From: Prorocentrum cordatum
Taxonomy: Eukaryota
Assembly: GCA_963575745.1 (NCBI GenBank)
Contig: CAUYUJ010000114.1
Coordinates: 1,178,001 to 1,242,000 of the forward strand
Direction of reading: 5' to 3'
DNA: 64,000 nt
Of this stretch, positions 46,691-59,534 are shown in pieces. The notes under the pieces are model-generated. The model searched no databases. It was not told the DNA's origin and saw only the letters and a list, made by a program, of their open reading frames with translations. A program made the translations under genes and the position numbers. Every line of letters starts with the position of its first letter. The first letter of the stretch is position 1.

Positions 46691-48783
46691 AAAAATTAGC
46701 CTGACGAAGGACCCAACCATGTGCAGTTGCGAGTACCGCATTGTGGGTACCGGTATCGGTGGAGCTCCTATGGGGCCACGAAATTTGTGAGGGGTGTGCC
46801 GAAATTGGTGGCGCGGACGCATGTGGACACCGCCACTGGGGCCTTCGGTGTAGCTCCCTATGGGGCCACGAAACGCTGCCCTGGGCGAGGAGACGCATGC
46901 GAACTGCGCCATTGGGACCTTCGCTGGAGCTCCTTATGGGGCCACGAAGCGCTGTCATGGGTGGGGGAGACGCATGCGAACTGCGCCTCTGGCGCCTTCG
47001 GTGGAGCTCCCTATGGGGCCACGAAACGCTATCCTGGGTCGGAGAGACGCATGCGAACACCCCGATTGAGGCCTTCGGTGGAGCCCCCTATGGGGCCACG
47101 AGGCGCTGTCCTGGGCAGGGGAGACGCATGCGAACACCCCCACTGGGGCATTCGGTAGAGCTCCCTATTGGGCCACGGAACGCTGCCCTGGGTGGGGGAA
47201 CCGCGTGCGCCCACCCACAGTGGGGCCTTCGGTGGAGCTGCCTATGGGGCCACGAAGCGCTGCCCTGTGTGGGGGAACCGCATGCGCCCACCCCCACTGG
47301 GACCTTCGGTGGAGCTCCCTATAGGACCACGAAGCGCTGCCCTGGGTGGGGGAACCGCATGCGCCCACCCCCACTGGGACCTTCGGTGGAGCTCCCTATG
47401 GGGCCACGAAGCGCTGCCCTGGGTGGGGGAACCGCATGCGCCCACCCCCACTGGGGCCTTCGGTGGAGCTCCCTATGGGGCCACGAAGCGCTGCCCTGGG
47501 TGGGGGAACCGCATGCGCCCACCCCCACTGGGACCTTCGGTGGAGCTCCCTATGGGACCACGAAGCGCTGCCCTGGGTGGGGGAACCGCATGCGCCCACC
47601 CCACTGGGACCTTCGGTGGAGCTCCCTATGGGACCACGAAGCGCTGCCCTGGGTGGGGGAACCGCATGCGCCCACCCCCACTGGGGCCTTCGGTGGAGCT
47701 CCCTATGGGGCACGAAACGCTGCCCTGGGTGGGGGAACCGCATGCGCCCACCCCCACTGGGGCCTTCGGTGGAGTGGGGCCACGAAACGCTGCCCTGGGT
47801 GGGGGAACCGCATGCGCCCACCCCCACTGGGGCCTTCGGTGGAGCTCCCTATGGGGCCACGAAGCGCTGCCCTGGGTGGGGGAACCGCATGCGCCCACCC
47901 CCACTGGGGCCTTCGGTGGAGCTCCCTATGGGGCCACGAAACGCTGCCCTGGGTGGGGGAACCGCATGCGCCACCCCCACTGGGCCTTCGGTGGAGCTCC
48001 CTATGGAGGGGCCACGAAGCGCTGCCCTGGGTGGGGGAACCGCATGCGCCCACCCCCACTGGGGCCTTCGGTGGAGCTCCCTATGGGGCCACGAAACGCT
48101 GCCCTGGGGGGGGAACCGCATGCGAACACCCCCACTGGGGCCTTCGGTGGAGCTCCCTATGGGGCCACGAAGCGCTGCCCTGGGTGGGGGAACCGCATGC
48201 GCCCACCCCCACTGGGGCCTTCGGTGGAGCTCCCTATGGGGCCACGAAACGCTGCCCTGGGTGGGGGAACCGCATGCGCCCACCCCCACTGGGGCCTTCG
48301 GTGGAGCTCCCTATGGGGCCACGAAACGCTGCCCTGGGTGGGGGAACCGCATGCGCCCACCCCCACTGGGACCTTCGGTGGAGCTCCCTATGGGCCACGA
48401 ACCACCGCATGCCCAACGCTGCCCTGGGTGGCGCCCACCCGCACTGGGACCTTCGGTGGAGCTCCCTATGGGACCACGAAACGCTGCCCTGGGTGGGGGA
48501 ACCGCGCCCCCCCTCACTGGGACCTTCGGTGGAGCTGCCTATGGGGCCACGAAACGCTGCCCTGGGCGTGGGAACCGCATGCGCCCCCCCTCACTGGGAC
48601 CTTCGGTGGAGCTCCCTTTGGGGCTACGAAGCGTGTGAGAGGTGTGCCGAGAGCAGAGGCAAGGAGGGGGAGGAGGGAGGAGGGGGAGGAGGGAAGGAAG
48701 GAAGGAAGGAAGGAAGGAAGGAAGGAGGGACGCGGGGTACCGTCTCTTCAAAACGAGGACCCAATACCACAGGATGGTTGGGA
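46691..48783 (+). mobile_element. 77-bp-satellite element, copy C (~24 units)
   Basis: Head aaattagcctgacgaaggacccaaccat, array, (GGAA)n, terminus gtctcttcaaaacgaggacccaataccacaggatggttggga. Confidence 0.85.
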
Positions 48784-50501
48784 GAAAGGGAGGAGGAAAC
48801 TCTCCCTTCCATCAGGCTGTGGCGACCCCGGGCATTTGCGCGTTGCATGGCACTTGGTGCAAGCACCAGTATAAGGCCGTGCTGAGAGCCGTGGCCCGGG
48901 TGTCCCGGCACGCGCTCAGCACGGCGCCGCTTTCTCACGCATCCCCTCGCAACATACAATCATCCTTCGCCCGCTCTCGCTTTCTCCACCCCTCCCTCCC
49001 TCCCTGTAGCGGCACCATACCCTCTCTCCCGCTCCCTCCTCAGCCCCTCCTGCGTCACGCAGTGTTGGCGTCACTGAGTATGCCTGTGTGGGGGCCGAGT
49101 AATGTACATAGTTTTTGACAAATCAGGTGCATGAGCATCGGACTGCGTGGTAGGAAGCCACCGCCGTCGCCTTTGACCCGTCCGCGCTCTGCGCTAATAC
49201 CTCGGACTTCGCTGGTAGGACTGAGATTCGCACCGTCGTGATTGCCATCTAGGCCGCCGATCGTCATTGCGCAGGAATTGCCGATTCGGGCTCGGCGGGG
49301 GAAACAAAAATGCCTCCAAGAGGCCCCCGAGAGGCCCACGATATCCAAACGAACTTCCCAGAGGCCTCTAACCCACAACCCAGGCACGGTGGCGGGATGG
49401 GGCGAAGGCCACATAGACTGTCAAAGACGCCCAAGACGGCCTCCAGCCCAAGAGGCCCTCGGGACGTCCCAGCACAGCTCCACGCGGATTTTCACGAAGG
49501 CACGACTGCGCAAACATCGTCAATTTCCAATGGAAAACCATTCATTGTTCAAACATGGGCTTTGCGTTTCTCTCCAGCGTCCAAGAAGGCCCAAGAAGGC
49601 CCAAAGATCGCCCCAAACCGTTCCAACTGGCGCCCGAGAGGGTCCTCGGACGACCCAAGAGGCGCCCAAGAGGGCCCCAAGACAACCCAACAGGGCCCCA
49701 AACGTCATCAGAGACCCCGATAGCGAGCCCCATTGGCGTTCAAGGCGTTTCTGAGTGAGAGGCCCGCGCCCACGCTGCCCTCCACGGCGGGGGCTCCTGG
49801 GAGCGCTTTAGCAGATCTTTCCGAAGCGGCGCTGTGTCGCTCCAGTATGGCCTCAGTGGCCTCTGGGTCGGCTCCAGAGCGCTGCAAGACGGTTCGCTCA
49901 CCCTTTTTGCTCCCAGAGGCCCCCTAGAGGGCCCCAAGACGACCCTGCAGGCGTCGCTCACGCCGCATCCGTCGGTCATCGAGGCTCGACGAGGGATGTT
50001 CGAGGTGGGCTTTCTCTGATATACTGTTCCCGGTCTGGCCGCGAGCTATTCTGCGGGGTCACGGCTACCCCGGCGCTGGCTCCTGCGAGATCTGTTTCCT
50101 GAATTTCACTGAAGGCGATTGAGCTATCTTGTGGCAGGGTTACATCGTAGTCGTCTTTATCCTCATCGTCGCGGTTGTCGTTGTCGTCTGTCGTCGTTGA
50201 CTTCTCTGTCGTCCTCGCCCACGTCGCATCCGTCGTTCATCGGCGCTCGACGATCGAGGTTCGATCGTGATTTCTTCGTCTTTCCATTCCCGCTCTGGCC
50301 GCGAGCTTTTCGAAGTCATGTTCCAGCTGCTGCTTCTCGTCGAGAGGGCCGATGGTTACGAGGGCCAGCGGGTGGATTATATGCCTGGCAGTCCTGAGCG
50401 AATCATCAGTTAGTCAACGCTTTTCTTGCGACCGCTCCCAACCTCATTCGCTTCGCGACGCATCCGATGATTGTGCATGGGTAGAACCACGCGCGCTACG
50501 C

Positions 50502-50509
50502 ATATATAC

Positions 50510-50541
<32 letters not shown>

Positions 50542-50550
50542 GCATATGTG

Positions 50551-50599
<49 letters not shown>

Positions 50600-50618
50600 G
50601 TGTGTATATCTATATATG
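50502..50618. repeat. (TA)n microsatellite
   Basis: TA-rich tract. Confidence 0.9.
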
Positions 50619-50956
50619 CCTTAGGCCGCCTTGGGTGGACCGTAAGAAGTCTTGGAAGCCACTTGGGCCGTCTTCGTGGTTATTGAAGCCAGAGAAGGAA
50701 GTGTCAGAACATAGGAAAGAGCGCGTTCTGTGGTCGCTTGGAGGGGGGGGGGAGTTGGAACCGTCCCCCCCCCCCTCTGGATGGAGGGGACGGGGGGGGT
50801 CGACCCCATCCCCCCCCCCTCCCTCTCCTCCTCGGGCCGGGCGCCTGCGTCGGCGGCGGCTGGCGGCGGCGTCGGGGATGAGCATTTCCTTTTTTGGGCC
50901 GGCGCCGGCGCCTGTGGCGGCGGGCGGAGGCGGCGGGGAGCGTCGACGAGGACGAC

Positions 50957-52450
50957 GGTGGTGGTGGTGGGTGGTGGTGGTGGGTGGTGGTGGTGGTGGT
51001 GGTGGTGGTGGTTGGTGGTGGGTTGTGGTGGTGGTGGTGGTGGTGGTGGTGGTGGTGGTGGGTTGTGGTGGTGATGGTGGCGGTGGTGGTGGTTGTGGTA
51101 GGCGCACAAGCTCGCTTGTTCGCGGGCACAATCCGCTGGGGGGGCAGCGGGAGGCCGCGCGCGGCCGGCAGGCGACGCGCGCGGTGCGCGTCTTGCGGCA
51201 GGCGCGCGCGCGAAGGGAGGGCCGTGCGCGCGCGCGCCCTCGCTGCGTCGCTGCGCAGGCGGGGCTCGCAGGTGCGCGCGCGGCCCGTCGGGGGCGCGGG
51301 CGCGCCGCGGCGCGGCGCAGGCGTTCGCGCTTGCCGCAGGCGCGCGCAGGCCCGCTGCCTGTTGGGCCCCCCCACCAACCCACACCTGGCGCGCTGTGTT
51401 GCGCGTGTTGGGTGCGACGGTGGCGTTGCGTTCAGGGGCGTCAGGCCCGCACGCTGCCCCCTCGCCGCGCGCCGCGGCGGTGTCCACCACGGTAGCGGTG
51501 CCGCGCCGCAGTGGACGCTGCCCCTGCTGCGGCGTTCGCGAGGGGCCGCGTCGCACCTATCGTCGGGGCGTGACGCGCCTGGACGCTCGTCGCCACCAGG
51601 ACTGGTGGTGGTGGTGTAGTGGTTCGTTGTGGTGGTGGTCGTTGTGGTGGTGGGTGGTGGTGGTGGTTGTGGTGGTGGGTTGTGGTGGTGGTGGTTTTGT
51701 GGTGGTGTGATGGTGGTTTGTGGTGGTGGTGGTGGTGTTGGTGGTCGTGGGTTGTGGTGGTAGTGGTGGTTTGGGGTGTGGTGGTGGTGTGGTGATTTGT
51801 TGTGGTGGTGGTCGTTGTGGTGGTGTGTGGTGGTGGTGGTGGTGGTGGTTGTGGTGGTGGGTTGTGGCGGTGGTGGTGGCGGTGGCGGTGGTGGTTGTGG
51901 CGTGGTGGTGGTGCGGTGGTTTGTTGTGGTGGTGGTGGTTTTGGTGGTGGGTGTGGTGGTGGTGGTTGTGGCGGTGGGTTGCGGTGGTGGTGGTGTTGGT
52001 GGTTTGGTGGTGGTGTGGTGGTGGTTTGTGGTGGTGGTGGTGGTGGGTTGTGGTGGCGGTGGTGGTGGTTGTGGTGGTGGTGTGGTGGTGGTTTTTGGTG
52101 TTTGTGGTGGTGGTGGTGGGTTGTGGCGGCGGTGGTTTGTGGAGGTGGTGCTGGCGGTCGTGGTGGCGGTGGTGGTGGTGGTGCGGTGGTTTGTGGTGGT
52201 GGTGGTGGGTTGCGCTGCTGGTAGTGGTGGTGGTTGTGGCGGTGGTGGTGGTGGTGTGGTAGATTGTGGTGTTGGTAGTGGTGGTGGGTGTTTGTGGTGG
52301 TGGTGGTGATGGTTTGTTGTGGTGGTGGTGGCCGTGCTGGCTGTGCTGGTGGTGTTTGTGTGGTGGGTTGGTTGTGGTGGTGGTGGGTTGAGGCGGTGGT
52401 GGTGGTGGTAGTGGTGGCGGTGGTGGTGGCGGCGATGGTGGTGGTAGCGG
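50957..52450. repeat. Degenerate (GGT)n arrays (50957-51100 and 51603-52450)
   Basis: ggtggtggt with ggttgt variants. Confidence 0.92.
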
Positions 52451-52639
52451 TGATAATCGTCGCTGCGTCGCCGCCATCGCCGGCGCCATCGCCGGCGCCA
52501 GGGGGAGGGTTGGGAGTCTGAAGGGTCGCCTCTGGTCATCGTCGCTGCGTCCCCGTCGTCGGCGCTGCTGGCGGCCGCCAGCGCCGGCGCCAGCGCCGTT
52601 GTCGAGGGGGGGGGGTTTGAACCCCCCTCTTCCACCCTC

Positions 52640-52668
52640 TAATACTATTACGATTACTATCACTACTC

Positions 52669-52740
<72 letters not shown>

Positions 52741-52824
52741 GACTAGTACTAGTACTACTACGACTACTACTTCTACTACTACTACTACTACTACGACTGC
52801 TCCTGCTGCTATTACCACTACTAC
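52640..52824. repeat. (CTA)n microsatellite
   Basis: actactact run up to the gap. Confidence 0.95.
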
Positions 52825-52924
52825 NNNNNNNNNNNNNNNNNNNNNNNNNNNNNNNNNNNNNNNNNNNNNNNNNNNNNNNNNNNNNNNNNNNNNNNNNNNN
52901 NNNNNNNNNNNNNNNNNNNNNNNN
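52825..52924. other. Assembly gap (100 N)
   Basis: Run of n. Confidence 1.
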
Positions 52925-55580
52925 AACGCTGCCTGGTGGGGGAACCGCATGCCTACTGCCGCCCAAGGGGCTTTTCGGGGCTTCCCAATGGGGCCACGAA
53001 GCGCTGCCCTGGGTGGGGGAACCGCATGCGAGGGCAGCCACTGGGGCCTCCGGTGGAGCTCCCTATGGGGCCACGAAACGCTGCCCTGGGTGGGGGAACC
53101 GCATGCGAACACCCCCACTGGGGCCTTCGGTGGAGCTCCCTATGGGGCGACGAAACGCTGCCCTGGGTGGGGGAACCGCATGCGAACACCCCCACTGGGC
53201 CCTCGGTGGAGCTCCCTATGGGGCCACGAAACGCTGCCCTGGGTGGGGGAACCGCATGCGAACACCCCCACTGGGGCCTTCGGTGGAGCTCCCTATGGGG
53301 CCACGACACGCTGCCCTGGGTGGGGGAACCGCATGCGAACACCCCCACTGGGGCCTTCGGTGGAGCTCCCTATGGGGCTACGAAACGCTGCCCTGGGTGG
53401 GGGAACCGCATGCGAACACCCCCACTGGGGCCTTCGGTGGAGCTCCCTATGGGGCCACGAAACGCTGCCCTGGGTGGGGGAACCGCATGCGAACACCCCC
53501 ACTGGCGCCTTCGGTGGAGCTCCCTATGGGGCCACGAAACGCTGCCCTGGGTGGGGGAACCGCATGCGAACACCCCCACTGGGGCCTTCGGTGGAGCTCC
53601 CTATGGGGCTGCCCTGGCTGGGGAAACCGCACGCGGACAGCCCCACTGGGGCCTTCGGTGGAGCTCCCTATGGGGCCACGAAACGTTGCCCTGGGTGGGG
53701 GAACCGCATGCGGACACCCCCACTGGGGCCCTCGGTGGAGCTCCCTATAGGGCCACGAAACGCTGCCCTGGGTGGGGGAACCGCATGCGGACACCCCCAC
53801 TGGGGCCTTCGGTGGAGCTCCCTATGGGGCCACGAAACGCTGCCCTGGGTGGGGGAACCGCATGCGACCACCCCCACTGGGGCCTTCGGTGGAGCTCCCT
53901 ATGGGGCTACGAAACGCTGCCCTGGGTGGGGGAACCGCATGCGAACACCCCCACTGGGGCCTTCGGTGGAGCTCCCTATGGGGCCACGAAACGCTGCCCT
54001 GGGTGGGGGAACCGCATGCGAACACCCCCACTGGGGCCTTCGGTGGAGCTCCCTATGGGGCTACGAAACGCTGCCCTGGGTGGGGTAACCGCATGCGAAC
54101 ACCCCCACTGGGGCCTTCGGTGGAGCTCCCTATGGGGCCACGAAACGCTGCCCTGGGTGGGGGAACCGCATGCGAACACCCCCACTGGGCCTTCGGTGGA
54201 GCTCCCTATGGGGCTACGAAACGCTGCCCTGGGTGGGGGAACCGCATGCGAACACCCCCACTGGGGCCTTCGGTGGAGCTCCCTATGGGGCCACGAAACG
54301 CTGCCCTGTGTGGGGGAACCGCATGCGAACACCCCCACTGGGGCCTTCGGTGGAGCTCCCTATGGGGCTACGAAACGCTGCCCTGGGTGGGGGAACCGCA
54401 TGCGAACACCCCCACTGGGGCCTTCGGTGGAGCTCCCTATGGGGCCACGAAACGCTGCCCTGGGTGGGGGAACCGCATGCGAACACCCCCACTGGGGCCT
54501 TCGGTGGAGCTCCCTATGGGGCCACGAAACGCTGCCCTGGGTGGGGGGAACCGCATGCGAACACCCCCACTGGGGCCTTCGGTGGAGCTCCCTATGGGGC
54601 TACGAAACGCTGCCCTGGGTGGGGGAACCGCATGCGAACACCCCCACTGGGGCCTTCGGTGGAGCTCCCTATGGGGCCACGAAACGCTGCCCTGGGTGGG
54701 GGAACCGCATGTGGACACCCCCACTGGGGCCTTCGGTGGAGCTCCCTATGGGGCTACGAAACGCTGCCCTGGGTGGGGGAACCGCATGTGGACACCCCCA
54801 CTGGGGCCTTCGGTGGAGCTCCCTATGGGGCCACGAAACGCTGCCCTGGGTGGGGGAACCGCATGTGGACACCCCCACTGGGGCCTTCGGTGGAGCTCCC
54901 TATGGGGCCACGAAACGCTGCCCTGGGTGGGGGAACCGCATGCGAACACCCCCACTGGGGCCTTCGGTGGAGCTCCCTATGGGGCCACGAAACGCTGCCC
55001 TGGGTGGGGGAACCGCATGCGAACACCCCCACTGGGGCCTTCGGTGGAGCTCCCTATGGGGCCACGAAACGCTGCCCTGGGTGGGGGAACCGCATGCGAA
55101 CACCCCCACTGGGGCCTTCGGTGGAGCTCCCTATGGGGCTACGAAACGCTGCCCTGGGTGGGGGAACCGCATGCGAACACCCCCACTGGGGCCTTCGGTG
55201 GAGCTCCCTATGGGGCTACGAAACGCTGCCCTGGGTGGGGGAACCGCATGTGAACACCCCCACTGGGGCCTTCGGTGGAGCTCCCTATGGGGCCACGAAA
55301 CGCTGCCCTGGGTGGGGGAACCGCATGCGAACACCCCCACTGGGGCCTTCGGTGGAGCTCCCTATGGGGCTACGAAACGCTGCCCTGGGTGGGGGAACCG
55401 CATGCGGACACCCCCACTGGGGCCTTCGGTGGAGCTCCCTATGGGGCTACGAAACGCGTGAGAGGTGTGCCGAGAGCAGAGGCAAGGAGGGGGAGGAGGG
55501 AGGAGGGGGAAGAGGAGGAGGAGAGGACGCGGGCACCGTCTCTTCAAAACGAGGACCCAACACCACAGGATGGTTGGGAA
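52925..55580 (+). mobile_element. 77-bp-satellite element, copy D (~33 units, head lost in gap)
   Basis: Unit ggggccacgaaacgctgccctgggtgggggaaccgcatgcgaacacccccactggggccttcggtggagctccctat; same terminus ending at 55580. Confidence 0.9.
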
Positions 55581-56611
55581 CAAATATTCCTCCTTCATTG
55601 GACGTGCATTCAGTTCTGTAGTTGCTCAGACCGCAGCCCGCTTTCTCACATCTCAGACAGACGAAGCCCACCGAGAACGACGAACATCTTGAGAAAACCG
55701 TGAGACCAGAGTTCGCGCGGTGCTAAAATTATCGTTCGGCGAAAACCTCCCTCCATAATTAATTCAGAACGGTGCGGTGCTAACGATACACCAGGGCCGT
55801 CTTTAACAACTTCCTGCGGCTTGGCATGTTACCATGCCTCAACGTGCCAGGCAGGACAGTGGCAGATCAGAGTCTTGGGAGCTCTGGGGGGGGCGGGAAT
55901 TCGGGCGGGAGTTCTAGAGCGAGATGAGAACTACGACGGCGGCGACGATTACGACGATTGCAACGGTGGCAACGACTACGACGGCGGCGATGACGACCAC
56001 GACTACGGCGACTACGCTGGCGGTGGCAGCGACGACCGCGACGACGGCGACTGCGACGGCGGCGGCTGTGACGACAACGGCGATGGCGACTGCGGCTGTG
56101 ACGACGACGGTCGTCGTCGACGACGACGACGATGACAACGACGGTGACGACGACAACGACGGCGACGGACCGCCGAGGCTGAGCTGAGCGGGACCATGGG
56201 GCACCGACCTGCGCACCCCGGTCGTCCTCCACCAGCGCGGGGCGGCGGGCGGGGGGGGGAGAGGGAACAGACGGCGCACGCCGAGGTGGCGGATCGTGTC
56301 GGTCCGAGGGGGGCCGCCGAGACAACGGCGGGTGAGGATAGACCCCCGGGAGGGGCCCGTGGGCTGCCCGGGGCTGATTCCAGTCGCTTCGCGGGGTGCA
56401 CGTCCGGAGCACGCAAAGACTGGGCCTTGAGTGGTTTGCCCTGCTCGTCTGCCGCGCTGGTCTACCGTCTCGTTCTGCCCGCCCCGCGGCGTTGCCAGCG
56501 CCCCCGGGGCGGCAGCGCCTTCCCCGTTCCAGCGCTGGGACGAGCGTGCGAATGTCCACGGAGGCACTGAGCATTCACCACGTGTCGGCACAGGGCAGCG
56601 CGAAGCAACAT

Positions 56612-57190
56612 CAGAGTGAGGGCGAACGGTCATTCATTGTCCCTGGGTGCGTGCTGAAGTGGGGATCCGTGGTGAGGATTCTGCTTGTTGTGTTGTTGTT
56701 TGTTTGTTTGTATGTTGTCGTCGTCCCACCCGCGACCCACCCGCGACCCACCCTGCGACCCACCCCGCCACCCACCCCGCGACCCACCCCGCGACCCACC
56801 CCGCGACCCACCCGCGACCCACCCCGCGACCCACCCCGCGACCCACCCGCGACCCACCCGCGACCCACCCCGCGACCCCCACCCGCGACCCACCCCGCGA
56901 CCCGCCCGCGACCCACCCCGCGACCCACACGCGACCCACCCCACGGCCCACCCCGCGACCCAATCAGTCAGAGTGAGGGGGCCGAACGGTCATTCACTGT
57001 CCCTGGATGCGCTGAAGTGGGGATCCACGGCGAGAATTCTGCTTGGTTTGTTGCGTCGTCCGGCCCGCGACCCGGCCCGCGACCCACCTGCGACCCACCC
57101 CGCGACCCACCCGCGACCCACCCCGCGACCCACCCCGCGACACACCCGCGACCCCGCGACCCGCTCGCGAACTACCCGCGACCCACCGCG
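56612..57190. repeat. Tandem two-part repeat: ~75-bp unique block plus (CCGCGACCCACC)n, twice
   Basis: cagagtgaggg..gaacggtcattca.tgtccctgg..gctgaagtggggatcc at 56612 and 56969, each followed by a 12-mer array. Confidence 0.85.
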
Positions 57191-58183
57191 CCAGCACAAG
57201 GCAACGCCAAGTTCAAATTCCGATGAGCATGGACAACGCGCCACTCAATCGAAAAGGCGAGAACGCAAAGATATTGCAAAACCCAAGGGAAAGCCAATGT
57301 TTTTTTGCCTCTGGAGATGGTCTGGGGGGCCTCCTTGTGGCCCTCCAGGGCCATCTTGGGAGCCTCTTGGTCCCTCTTGGGGCAAGTTTGGGCCTGCTTG
57401 GGGCCGTCTGGGGTCTTCGGGAAGTTGTGTTGAGCCGTCTTGAGGCTCTCCTGGACCCCCAGGAGGCCCCAGGGGATGTTCCAATCGCTTTTGTACGCTA
57501 CTGGGCCCCCAAAGAGGCGGGGAAATCTTGGTCATGCGGCGCGACTCCATGGGGGGGCTTGGGGGGAAGGGGGGGACATGAGAATGTAAAAGAACCCAAC
57601 GTGTAGCAGTAGCAATTATGTAATAAGGGTTACATTGGACGCGTGTATCATTAAGGCGTTCGCCAGAAAACGCTGCCGCTCAGCACGTCACCTCCGAGCA
57701 TGTCTCGAGATTCCTCTCGCTTCGCGGGTGGTGCATGTCTCGAGCATCTACAGTCCTCTCGTTCGAGGGCCTGGTGGGAACCCCTTTTGAGAGCCTCTTG
57801 GAGGCCTCTTCTGTAAAGATCATGTTTGTCAGTCGTAAACGCAGGAGCTGCGGTTTGTGATTCCTCGTTCGAGGATTGCGGATTCTCTGCACAACAGGAC
57901 ATCACAAGTTGTGTGCCGCTGCCGGTTGCGCTTTGAAACGGTTCAGGGGATTCATTTTTTAAGCGATCAGCCGTATACGAGTACAGTCGGGGCCTTGAAG
58001 AAGGAACGCTTTTCGTTTGGGAGGGGCTCGGTGTTCCTTGATTGTTTTACAGTTTGCCTCGGGTTTCCCTTAGGTTTTTGCATGGGAAATCGAAGTGCAA
58101 CTTATGGAAAAGAGGGGCCTCGTTCCTTATTTAGGGTTCCTTAGGTCAACGCCTCGACTGTATCAGATATGTTCCAAGTCTGA

Positions 58184-59028
58184 GGGGCTCCCGTGTAGTG
58201 CTCCCCTGGCCACGGAGCGCACGCCGGCGGAAGCCAGCGGAGGACGGCCCCGTTTCGGCAGGCACGCTTCCGTGCAGCACGGGCGGCCCCAGGATGGTCC
58301 GTAGGATGGTCCAGGGGGGCCACGAGTCGCCTGCTGTTCGGACCGCCGCGAGGCTTCCCAGAGGGGTTCCAAGAGGGTTCCGACAGGCAGAATTCATTGA
58401 TTTCCCATGGGTTTCTGAAGATTTTTCGCCCGTGCGCCTTGTCGGCTTCCTGACGCTCCAAGACGGCCCCAAAGGCCCGAAAGATCCCCCCGAGGCGGCC
58501 TCGGAGGCCCCCAAGAGAGTAGTGCGCAGACGGTCCAAGACGCCCCCAAGACGGCCCAAGAGGCCTCCAAGACGGCTCCAGAAGGCCTCAGGAACGCTCA
58601 AAAGAGGGGCCCAAGAGGGGGGGTAGGGACCGACATTCTGGGTTCTCCGCCCCCCTCCAAAAAACACGAGGCCCCAAGAGGCCTCCAAGAGGCCCCAAGA
58701 AGCTTCCAAAAGGACCCCAGGAAGCCCCCCGAGGCCTCCAAGAGGGCCCCAAGATTGCCTCAGAGGGCCCCGAGATGGTCGGAGACGCCCCAGGGCCCGA
58801 AGACTGCCCAACAGCAGTGCTCCAAGATGGTCGGCGACGCCCCGACAAAGTGGCACAGCATCAAACGGACAGTACAGGAGCCAGCATAACGCGCCTTAAA
58901 GCGGCACAGCGTCAAATTGACAACACGGGAATCAACGTTATGCGCCCTCTTCCTCGCAAGTCACGCTCATTTTTCCTCCAAGGTCGGGGTTCGTGGCAAT
59001 ATCAGATTGCGCGAGTAGCCAGATACCA
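58184..59028. mobile_element. ~850-bp repeat flanked by a 24-bp direct repeat; paralog of 59535-60436
   Basis: gtatcagatatgttccaagtctga at 58160-58183 and 59029-59052; interior collinear with the next copy. Confidence 0.65.
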
Positions 59029-59534
59029 GTATCAGATATGTTCCAAGTCTGACCTGGGGTTTCCCTGATTCAGCTAAACTGTGTGCGATCGCTGGTGTAC
59101 CCAACGTTCCATATTGCTGGATTTTTGCTGGGCTTACTTGCGAAGAGAAATGTTTCCAACGTGGTTATAATCAACACTGGTAGCTCTGAGCTGTGAGTTC
59201 TGAGACGGCCTGTGATATTGTATTTGTGTGTTCCCTTCACAGTGCATATCAAGACCTGTTTTTCGCGATCTGGTATTACGTACCTTTCCGACGAAACCTC
59301 GTTCTCGACTGCCGACCCCATCAAGTACAGCAAGAGACAATTCAGCAGAGACAAAGGGTCCACAGACGCATCGAGGAAACGGGGGCCATGACGTCGGGGA
59401 GATTTCGTCGCCCGCTTACACACATGGCCCTCGCCCCCTCCCCTGTACGCTCCCGAGAGACCGTGAGGAGATCCGATGTTGCGAATCACATGCAACATCG
59501 CGGAGCATCACGACCGGAGCCATTGGGCATTTTT

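Noticed and set aside
46701..46740. Hammerhead ribozyme at CTGACGA (also CTGATGA at 41244)
   Set aside because: No closing stem II with GAAA could be built; copy B has CTGGCGA
50548..52635. Pro/Thr/His-rich 300-640 aa ORFs
   Set aside because: Derived from (GGT)n arrays
52925..55460. CRISPR-like array
   Set aside because: Units are contiguous with no unique spacers, no cas genes, and a eukaryotic context
43737..55621. ORFs of 300-841 aa with repeating GPSVELPMG peptides
   Set aside because: Artefacts of the 77-bp unit, which lacks stops and cycles through all three frames
59070..59498. Possible endonuclease fragment (LETFL..GY)
   Set aside because: Too little similarity to call by eye
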